A DNA stretch of 64,000 bases, taken from the NCBI GenBank assembly GCA_963727525.1, contig CAVSGO010000007.1, positions 2,112,001 to 2,176,000 of the forward strand, in the 5' to 3' direction. The position numbers and the translations under genes are program-made. The stretch is from an uncultured bacterium (lineage in GTDB: Bacteria; Krumholzibacteriota; Krumholzibacteriia; LZORAL124-64-63). Shown in pieces: positions 1 through 8,974 of the stretch. Position 1 is the first letter of the stretch. Each line of letters starts with the position of its first letter. The notes beneath the pieces are model-generated. The model saw only the letters and a program-made list of their open reading frames with translations. It had not been told where the DNA came from and did no database searches.

Positions 1-555
1 CCCGTGGGTTCGGTGGGGCGCGTGATCCCGTATCTCGAGTGCCGTATCGACGTCACCGACCCGGATCAACATATCGGCGAGGTGCTGGTACGCGGCGAGA
101 ACGTGATGCTGGGCTATTACAAGGACAGCGATGCCACGTCGCTCGTGATCGATACCGACGGCTGGCTCCACACCGGCGACCTCGGCCGCGTCGACGACCA
201 GGGCTTCCTCTACCTCACCGGCCGCTGCAAGAACATGATCCTCTCCCCCTCCGGCCAGAACGTGTATCCCGAGGAGATCGAGGCCCGCCTGAACAACCTC
301 CCCTACGTCATGGAATCCATCGTCATGGACCACGACGGCAAGATCGTGGCCATCATCTACCCCGACCTCGACCGCGCCGACGAAGACGGTCTCGACGAGA
401 AGCAGCTCGCCGCGATCATGGAAGAAAACCGCAAGCAGCTGAACGAGCTGATCCCGAAATTCGCGGCCGTGAGCAAGGTGACCGTGACCTACGAGGAATT
501 CGCGAAGACGGCGACGAAGAAGATCAAACGGCGGCTCTACGCGATCGGGGCGTAG
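1..555 (+). CDS. Long-chain acyl-CoA synthetase / AMP-binding protein, C-terminal part (5' truncated by window)
   Basis: GEVLVRGENVMLGYY, GWLHTGDLG, GRCKNMILSPSGQNVYPEEIE and terminal KTATKKIKR motifs of ANL adenylate-forming enzymes. Confidence 0.9.
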   Translation, partial: PVGSVGRVIPYLECRIDVTDPDQHIGEVLVRGENVMLGYYKDSDATSLVIDTDGWLHTGDLGRVDDQGFLYLTGRCKNMILSPSGQNVYPEEIEARLNNLPYVMESIVMDHDGKIVAIIYPDLDRADEDGLDEKQLAAIMEENRKQLNELIPKFAAVSKVTVTYEEFAKTATKKIKRRLYAIGA

Positions 556-631
556 GCTGTCTCCAGGAAAATACTGATACCGTCGCAGCTACCTCCCGCC
601 ACGAAACAAGCATAGTGTCCGGGACACCGCG

Positions 632-757
632 TCAACTCCAGTGTTCGAGGATCCGCTTGATCACCACGGGGTCCAGGATGAATGCCAGGATCGTCATCGG
701 CCCGCCGCAACGAGGGCACAGCAAAGGCCGCGCTTCGTAGATCCGCGCCAGCATACC
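632..757 (-). pseudogene. Remnant of IS91-like transposase C-terminal Zn-ribbon
   Basis: MLARIYEARPLLCPRCGGPMTILAFILDPVVIKRILEH matches the typical C-terminus of IS91-family transposases; rest of gene absent. Confidence 0.65.
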
Positions 758-827
758 CGTGGTCGATGAGGAAGTGCCCGGAGGGTGCCTCAATCGGGAG
801 AATCTGAAGCGGCCGCGACACCGACGG

Positions 828-1991
828 CTAAAGCGGTTCCGTCCCCTCGTTAAGCACGTCGAGGTACTTCCCATAGACGTAGACCCGGTTCCGCTTCTGG
901 CCGGTGATCTCGCGCGCGATACCCGCTGCTGCCAGCACCTCGAGGCCCTTGGCTGCGGTCGCGAACGCCAGTCCGCTGCGCCTGGCCAGTCCCGCGATGG
1001 TCACCAGCGGTCGCACCTGGAGCACCTCGTGGACTCTCAGCGCGGAACCCGCGGCTCGGCCGCACTGCTGGATGGTCTGCCGATCTTCCTGGAAGAGGTC
1101 GAGCAGGCTCCGCGCGGTGGCGACCGCGCCTTCCGCCGTCTCTTGCACGCCCGTCAGGAAGAACGCGAGCCAGGCCTCCCAGTCGCCGTCGCGGCGCACC
1201 TGGTCGAGGAGCTGGTAATATTGCGCGCGGTGTTGCTTGAAGTAGAGACTGAGATAGAGCAGCGGCTTGCTCAACAGGCCGTATTCGCACATCAACAGGG
1301 TGACCAGAAGGCGACCGACGCGGCCGTTGCCGTCGAGGAAGGGATGGATGGTCTCGAACTGCACGTGCGCCAGCCCGGCACGAATGACCGCCGGCAACCC
1401 GGCCGGTTCGTCGTGCAGGAACCGCTCGAGGTCCGCCATGCAATCCTCGACGAGTTGCGGTGGCGGCGGCAAGAAGTGCGCCAGCCCCGGACGACTCCCC
1501 CCGATCCAGTTCTGCGTGCGCCGGAAGCTCCCCGGATCCTTCGTACTCCCGCGTCCACGCGCGAGCAATACCCCGTGGATCTCCCGGATGAGCCGGTTGC
1601 TCAGCGGAAACCCCTCCCGCAATCGCCCGAGTCCATGCTCCATCGCCGCGACGTAATTCGACGACTCCACGACGTCCTCGAACGGCACCCCTGGCGCCCC
1701 GTCGATCTCGAACAGGAGAAGGTCCGACAGCGACGACTGCGTCCCCTCGATCTGCGACGAGACCACCGCCTCCTTGCGCACGTAGGCATAGAGAAAGAGG
1801 TCGGCATCGCGCAGCAACGCCGAGGCACTGTCGAGCCTCCCCACTGCCAGCATCGCCTGTTCGAGCAGTCGGCCAAGACCGCCCTCCAGGACGATTGGCG
1901 GCACCGGCGGCAGAGCCGCCGGCACAAATGCCCGCACGCTCTCCCCCCCCGCCACGGCAACCTCGTACCGTCCCGTTCCCCCTCGCTGCAC
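828..1991 (-). CDS. Fic-domain protein with N-terminal autoinhibitory helix (class II) and C-terminal HTH
   Basis: HPFLDGNGRVGR Fic motif; SSQIEG inhibitory motif; AGGAG RBS before GTG. Confidence 0.93.
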   Translation of the reverse strand: MQRGGTGRYEVAVAGGESVRAFVPAALPPVPPIVLEGGLGRLLEQAMLAVGRLDSASALLRDADLFLYAYVRKEAVVSSQIEGTQSSLSDLLLFEIDGAPGVPFEDVVESSNYVAAMEHGLGRLREGFPLSNRLIREIHGVLLARGRGSTKDPGSFRRTQNWIGGSRPGLAHFLPPPPQLVEDCMADLERFLHDEPAGLPAVIRAGLAHVQFETIHPFLDGNGRVGRLLVTLLMCEYGLLSKPLLYLSLYFKQHRAQYYQLLDQVRRDGDWEAWLAFFLTGVQETAEGAVATARSLLDLFQEDRQTIQQCGRAAGSALRVHEVLQVRPLVTIAGLARRSGLAFATAAKGLEVLAAAGIAREITGQKRNRVYVYGKYLDVLNEGTEPL

Positions 1992-2197
1992 GTCCGTTGT
2001 CTCCTGGTGAAGGGAATGAAATTGAGTCCTTCTTTATTTTAATGTATGTTGATAATTAAAACAACCCGATCTCGGTCACGTCGTAATTTCACCGAGCGAA
2101 ATAACCTGGTTCGCTATTACAAAATAGAAGGATAATTTAAATAATTCACAATTCACTGTCATTGAATAGGTTAGGAGAATCACGCGGTCTTGACCCC

Positions 2198-2659
2198 TGT
2201 CCCTCCTCAAAAATTCCATCGGCATCGCCACGACCAGAGCTATGGCTTCACGAGAATACACCAAGCCAACGCTCAAAGTCGTCGCTGCTGACCAATTCCG
2301 TGGGTCTCTGCTAGTCGCTCAAACGGCCGATCCCTACCTATGCCATACATCGTCCTCGAATTCCTGCGCGACCTCGTCCGCCCACGCCGTGGCCTGGTCA
2401 TCGAGAACCTCGCCCTGCGCCAGCAAATCCTCGTCCTGCAGCCACCTCAACGTCACGGCCTACCGGATCGGCGAATGGACCGCTCGCCAGATCATCCAGG
2501 CATTCCCCTTCGACACCGCACCGCGGTTCCTCATTCGCGATCGCGATCGGGTCTATAGCGGCCAGGTCGAGGACGCCCGTCGCTTGCAGGAAATCGAGCA
2601 GCCAGGGGCGCCGATTTACGACTCCGATCGAGCGGCAGAGTGAGTTTCTCGTAGGTACA
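2198..2659 (+). mobile_element. Internally deleted IS remnant (integrase-core DDE transposase family)
   Basis: Fragments LVIENLALRQQILVL and HLNVTAYRIGEWTARQIIQAFPFDTAPRFLIRDRDRVY in different frames; imperfect terminal IRs TGTCCCTCCTCAAAAATTC (2198) and GAGTTTCTCGTAGGTACA (ends 2659). Confidence 0.65.
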
Positions 2660-2826
2660 ATGGCATCGACATCAAGCGCGTGCTGACGCCGCGACCGTCC
2701 GGATTCTCTATTGATTGTTTGATTTTAAACATCTAAATTCAACGCAGTCATGGGCGCTGCACCACCCGCCGTCGCGCGCCGTGACGAGTCCGCAAGGCCC
2801 GTCACCCGTCCAACAGGGAGGTTGCC

Positions 2827-4212
2827 ATGTGCATCCATGCCCGCCGGCTCCGGGACGCCTGGGTCCCCATCCCCTTGTGCCTCATCGCTCTTTTCTGGGT
2901 CGTCGTGCTCGCCCCCGCCGCGACCGCGAACATCGCGGCCGGCGACGCGGCCCTCGGCACCCGCAGCTATGACGACTACGAACGTCCCCAGGTCTGCGCG
3001 AGCTGCCACGTGGACATCTACCAGCAGTGGACGCAGGCCATGATGAGCCAGGCCTACACCCACCACTGGGACGAGATCGAGTACTTCGAGCTGGCCGTGC
3101 CCCACGCCGAAAAGGATGAGATTGTGGCCGGCGTGAAGGCCGGCTGCAACGGCTGCCACACCCCGATCGCATTCCTCAGCGGCGACGTGCCGCCGCCGCG
3201 CCCCAGCGAGGGCTCGCGCGCCAACGAATCGGTGTCGTGCGACGTCTGCCACACCATCACCGGCTTCGAAGGCGACACGCCGCACAACTTCAACTGGACG
3301 AGCGAGCCGGGCCGCACGAAGTACGGCAACAAGGCAGGGCTCGTCTCGCCCCACCACGATACGCAGGTCAGCGCCTTCATCCAGACCGCCGACTTCTGCG
3401 GCACCTGCCACAATGAGATGAGCCCGTATGGCGTTTGGGTGAAGTCGACCCAGCTCGAGTGGAAGGCCGGGCCATATGCCGCCGATGGCGTGCCTTGCCA
3501 CGTCTGCCACATGCCGAAGGCGGATGGCCAGAATGCGTCGATGGCCAGTCCGGGCATCGTGTCGCAGCACCTCTTCCACGGCGCCCACGACCCGGGCAAG
3601 GTGGGCGGTGCGATCGAGCTGCGCATGCATCCCGACGAGCGCGAGTTGCCGTACGACGGCACCGCCGTCGTGAAGGTGCAGCTCTTCAATCAGAAGGCCG
3701 GACACAAGATTCCCACCGGATCGGTGGAGGACCGCATCGTCTGGCTCGACGTCACCGCCACCGACAGCGAGGGCAAGACGTACCACCTGCCCGTCGACAC
3801 CAAGGGCTTCGACGGCGAGGAGTACACCATCGCCGCCGACGTGCTCGCCTACCAGGACATGGGCATCGCCAAGGACGACCCGGACTTCCCCGGCGTCCAG
3901 CGCGACGGCGTGCCCATGGGCGACCGCATCTTCCGCATGCCGTACTTCGACCCGCAGGGGCGCATGACGATCCAGCAGTGGAACACGAAGTCGCTGGGCG
4001 TGGACTACCGCATCGGCCCCCGCGAGACCAAGATCGAGAGCTTCACGTGGGAACTACCCGAGGATCTCGCGCTGGGCAAGGTCACGTTCGACGCCGTGCT
4101 CAACTACAAGCGCCTCGTGGAACCCGTCGCGCGTTTCCTGAACGTCCCCGAGGACGAGTGGGCGACCATCGTCATCAACAAAGCGCACACGTGGATCGAG
4201 GTCTACGACTAA
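2827..4212 (+). CDS. Exported pentaheme c-type cytochrome (c554-like N-terminal domain)
   Basis: Signal peptide; five CxxCH motifs (CASCH, CNGCH, CDVCH, CGTCH, CHVCH); AGGGAGG RBS. Confidence 0.9.
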   Translation: MCIHARRLRDAWVPIPLCLIALFWVVVLAPAATANIAAGDAALGTRSYDDYERPQVCASCHVDIYQQWTQAMMSQAYTHHWDEIEYFELAVPHAEKDEIVAGVKAGCNGCHTPIAFLSGDVPPPRPSEGSRANESVSCDVCHTITGFEGDTPHNFNWTSEPGRTKYGNKAGLVSPHHDTQVSAFIQTADFCGTCHNEMSPYGVWVKSTQLEWKAGPYAADGVPCHVCHMPKADGQNASMASPGIVSQHLFHGAHDPGKVGGAIELRMHPDERELPYDGTAVVKVQLFNQKAGHKIPTGSVEDRIVWLDVTATDSEGKTYHLPVDTKGFDGEEYTIAADVLAYQDMGIAKDDPDFPGVQRDGVPMGDRIFRMPYFDPQGRMTIQQWNTKSLGVDYRIGPRETKIESFTWELPEDLALGKVTFDAVLNYKRLVEPVARFLNVPEDEWATIVINKAHTWIEVYD

Positions 4213-4227
4213 CGGGGAGTGACTGAC

Positions 4228-5421
4228 ATGCGAACACTGCTACTGCTGAGTCTCACCATCGTCGTTGCCGCCGCTTGCCTCGTTCCCGAGGATGCCTCCG
4301 CCATCCCTGCCTTCGCGCGGCGCTACAAGCTATCGTGCACCACCTGCCACAATCCGTTTCCCCGTCTGAAGCCCTTCGGCGACGAGTTCGCGGCCAACGG
4401 CTTCTACCTCCCCGAGGACGACAAGGACCGCGACTACGTCATCGCGGGCGATCCCCTGCTGCGCCTGAACCGCGACTTTCCCGTCGCCATCCGCATGGAC
4501 CTGTGGGCGCAGTACGACCAGGGTCAGTCGGTCGAGACCGACCTGAAGACGCCCTGGGCCCTCAAGATGCTCTCCGGCGGCCCGCTCACGAAAGGCGTGG
4601 GCTACTACTTCTACTTCTTCATGTCGGAGGGTGGCGAGATCGTGGGCGTGGAGGACGCCTACCTGCATTTCAACGACCTCTTCGGCCAGCCCCTCGACCT
4701 GCTCGTGGGCCAGTTCCAGGTGTGCGACCCCCTGATGAAGCGTGAGCTGCGCCTCACCTTCGAGGACTACACCATCTACGGCACCGAGGTCGGCGACTCC
4801 CGTATCACCCTCACCTACGACCGCGGCCTGATGGCCTCGTACGCCGTCGAGGCCACCGGCACCGGCGTCATGGGCATGCTCCTGAACGGCAACGGCATTC
4901 CCGCGGCCGTCGACGACAAGATGGACCAGGACAAGTACAAGAACTGGGCCGTGCGCGTGGCCCAGGACGTGACGAAGTACGGCTCCGTGGGCGGCTTCTA
5001 CTACGACGGCAAGGAAGCGCCGCTCGGCGTGCCCGACAGCGACCGCACCAACGAGGCCACGTTCTGGGGCATCGACGCGCGCTGCGACTTCGAGACCGTG
5101 GCCGTCACGGCGCAGTACATGCACCGCGAGGACACGAATCCGGTCTTCGCCGCCTCCCCCGGCGACAAGGTCGAGACCAAAGGCCTGGTGATCGAGGCGG
5201 TGATCGCACCGCAGAAGGACCGCTCGCGCAACTACTTCACCCTGCTCTACAACCGCGTCGACGGGGATTGGTCCAGCAACGACTATGAGAGCTACACGGC
5301 CGGGATCACGCACCTCCTCGCCCGCAATCTGCGTCTGAACGGCGAGTTCACGCTGATCGCCGACGCGGTCGGACGCGAAGACGACAGCCGCGTGAGCATC
5401 GGACTCGTGGGCGCCTTCTAG
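4228..5421 (+). CDS. cyc2: Cyc2-like fused monoheme cytochrome-porin (outer-membrane beta-barrel)
   Basis: Signal peptide then AIPAFARRYKLSCTTCHNPFPRL (AxPxFAR..CxxCH..PxL Cyc2 signature); alternating beta-strand pattern; C-terminal Phe; GGGGAG RBS 8 nt before ATG 4228. Confidence 0.75.
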   Translation: MRTLLLLSLTIVVAAACLVPEDASAIPAFARRYKLSCTTCHNPFPRLKPFGDEFAANGFYLPEDDKDRDYVIAGDPLLRLNRDFPVAIRMDLWAQYDQGQSVETDLKTPWALKMLSGGPLTKGVGYYFYFFMSEGGEIVGVEDAYLHFNDLFGQPLDLLVGQFQVCDPLMKRELRLTFEDYTIYGTEVGDSRITLTYDRGLMASYAVEATGTGVMGMLLNGNGIPAAVDDKMDQDKYKNWAVRVAQDVTKYGSVGGFYYDGKEAPLGVPDSDRTNEATFWGIDARCDFETVAVTAQYMHREDTNPVFAASPGDKVETKGLVIEAVIAPQKDRSRNYFTLLYNRVDGDWSSNDYESYTAGITHLLARNLRLNGEFTLIADAVGREDDSRVSIGLVGAF

Positions 5422-5447
5422 CACCCCCGCAGGCTTCACCAGAGACA

Positions 5448-5475
5448 ACGGCCGGCGAGATGGTTCGCCGGCCGT
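5448..5475. terminator. Hairpin between convergent genes (putative bidirectional terminator)
   Basis: Perfect 11-bp stem ACGGCCGGCGA / TCGCCGGCCGT, 6-nt loop. Confidence 0.6.
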
Positions 5476-5499
5476 GTCGTCGATACGCGTACGATCAGA

Positions 5500-6900
<1,401 letters not shown>

Positions 6901-7091
6901 CGGAACATCCTCACCGTTCGCAGCACCACGAGATTCGCCGGACCGCGCGGCCGGCGTCGAGGGAGCAAGATAACACGCACGCCCGCGAGCTACAACGCAC
7001 GCCCCGAAAACGTCGAAAATTCGCCTCAAGAGATCCCTAGGATCGCCGATCGTGTCCCCAGGCAACCGGTCACCCTGACGGGAGGAAAACC

Positions 7092-7748
7092 ATGCGCACC
7101 CTGATGATCGTTCTGGTCGCTGCAGTTCTGCTGGCGACTCCGGCCCTGGCCGAGCGGACTTATGACTACTACTGGCAGGTCGACGGCGCCACATTCCTGG
7201 GCTCCTTCGACAACTGCACGGGCGAACTGTCGTCCGACATGAACTTTCCCATGCACACCGGCTCCGCCCTGAAGCTCACGAAGACCATCAGCGTGACGGA
7301 GGGCTACTCGACGGGTTTCCTGGCGGCAGTCTGGAACCTCAACGAGGGCGACCAGGTCACCTACAGCTACTGGCGCTACGACGCCATCGTAGGCTATCCG
7401 CGCGTGCGCCTTTGGGCTCACTATAACGACGCCCTCGGCGCGCCCGACAACCGTAGCCATGACATGCTGGTCAACGATGGCCTGGCATACGGCAACAACT
7501 CCTTCGGGTACGAGTCGGGCTGGGAACAGGTCAGCTATACCTGGACCATGCCGGCCGGCCACGTGGGCCTGGTCATCGACTGTGTCATCTATGGCGACTA
7601 CGGCTCCGAGGTCTACGTCGACGACATGTCGATCACCGTTCCGGACAACGCCTGCGTGCAGGACCCCGCCGTCTACCACGACGAGATGGGTTCCCCCACG
7701 GCCGTCGAGGCACAGACCTGGGGCACCGTGAAGGCTCTGTTCCAGTAG
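7092..7748 (+). CDS. Secreted protein with C-terminal TWGxVKALF tail
   Basis: GGAGG RBS; signal peptide [20 protein letters not shown]; ends [17 protein letters not shown]. Confidence 0.85.
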   Translation: MRTLMIVLVAAVLLATPALAERTYDYYWQVDGATFLGSFDNCTGELSSDMNFPMHTGSALKLTKTISVTEGYSTGFLAAVWNLNEGDQVTYSYWRYDAIVGYPRVRLWAHYNDALGAPDNRSHDMLVNDGLAYGNNSFGYESGWEQVSYTWTMPAGHVGLVIDCVIYGDYGSEVYVDDMSITVPDNACVQDPAVYHDEMGSPTAVEAQTWGTVKALFQ

Positions 7749-7788
7749 TCCGCACCGCGCGACCGGACGATCGGATGATGAGGCGAAC

Positions 7789-7817
7789 AGGCGGCGGCCA
7801 GCGCATGGCCGCCGCCT
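7789..7817. terminator. Hairpin between convergent genes
   Basis: 12-bp stem AGGCGGCGGCCA / TGGCCGCCGCCT, 5-nt loop. Confidence 0.55.
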
Positions 7818-7849
7818 CGCCGCATCTCGGGCAGCCCGGACGATCCGGC

Positions 7850-8974
7850 CTACATCGGCAGGCGATTCCCCTTGCCGTAGCCCGTCATCTCGGCGTAGCC
7901 GGCACCGTCGGGACCGCCGGCGCCGGCGGAGCTTACCCGCACCGCACCTTCCCAGTAGAACAGCCGGCCGGCCCGCTCGCTCACGTTTTCCTGATCGTCC
8001 ACCGCGGCCGTGATCGCGAGATCCAGCCGCGCCGACGGGATCCGCAGGCGCCAGTCGACGGGATACGTGGCGTCCGTCGCCGCACTGTGCCAGCGGCGAG
8101 TCGGCGCCAGGTCCCAGTCGGAGGCCGTGAGGTCGCGGCGCGAACCGTCGGCGGCGAAGAGGCTCGCGTGCGCGAGGCTGGTGCTGCCGTCGGCGCGGCG
8201 CAGGCGGTAGATCATCAGATCGCGGCCGTCGTCGAGCTGGAGGCTGAACCAGTCCCAGCCCACCTGATCGGCGCCTAGCCGGCTCGAGAAGAATTCGCGG
8301 TCAAACCAGCTCGTACCGCGCACGACGAGGGTGTCGTCGCCCGCCGCCAGCGTGCCCGCAGTGGCGAGCCGCGTGATGCTGTAGTAGAGGCTGCCGGTGC
8401 CAGCGGCCGGGTCCTTGCGGCTGAAGCCACCATCGCCCTGCAATGCGATCGGGCGCAGGGGATCCAACCCGAGCGTGAACGCGAAGGCGCGCGGGACGTC
8501 GCCGGCGGCAATGTGGAACCCGCCCTCCCGTAGATCGATCTCCCAGCGGCCCGGCGTGCCGGCCGGCGCCACGGTCCACGCCAGTACGCTGTCGCCCGGC
8601 GCGCCGAAGCCGCCGAGGCCGGCCGCCGCGCGGTAGAGCACCTCGCTGAAGACATGGGTGCCACGGCTCAGGTCTGTGAGCGACGCGTGGCCCATGACGA
8701 GGTCGCTCGCCGCCCAGTCAGAGTCCAGATGCGGCGTCTGCGGGACCACGCCCACGCGAAACAGGGTGAACTGGAAGCCGAAGCGCCGGTCGGGATCGTC
8801 GATGGCGGCGAGCTGCCCGGTCACGTACCACCACTCCGTGCGGTAGCCGGGGTGCGCGTGGTGGTCTCGCGGAAACGCCCAGCGATACCCCGGCGCCGCC
8901 TGACGCCAGACCGGGGCCGCCGCGGCGAGCAACGCGAGGACCGCCATGGCAGCGAGCGCGGCGCGGCGGGTCAT
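7850..8974 (-). CDS. AttH/CrtC-like lipocalin-fold secreted hydrolase
   Basis: FPRDHHAHPGYRTEWWY, SWFDRE, GWDWFSLQL, YWEGAV, GYAEMTGY motifs; ATGA overlap with permease stop. Confidence 0.85.
   Translation of the reverse strand: MTRRAALAAMAVLALLAAAAPVWRQAAPGYRWAFPRDHHAHPGYRTEWWYVTGQLAAIDDPDRRFGFQFTLFRVGVVPQTPHLDSDWAASDLVMGHASLTDLSRGTHVFSEVLYRAAAGLGGFGAPGDSVLAWTVAPAGTPGRWEIDLREGGFHIAAGDVPRAFAFTLGLDPLRPIALQGDGGFSRKDPAAGTGSLYYSITRLATAGTLAAGDDTLVVRGTSWFDREFFSSRLGADQVGWDWFSLQLDDGRDLMIYRLRRADGSTSLAHASLFAADGSRRDLTASDWDLAPTRRWHSAATDATYPVDWRLRIPSARLDLAITAAVDDQENVSERAGRLFYWEGAVRVSSAGAGGPDGAGYAEMTGYGKGNRLPM

Noticed and set aside
2827-4212. Selenocysteine-containing pentaheme cytochrome (ExtKL-like)
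   Set aside because: The ORF is continuous with no in-frame TGA and ends in TAA
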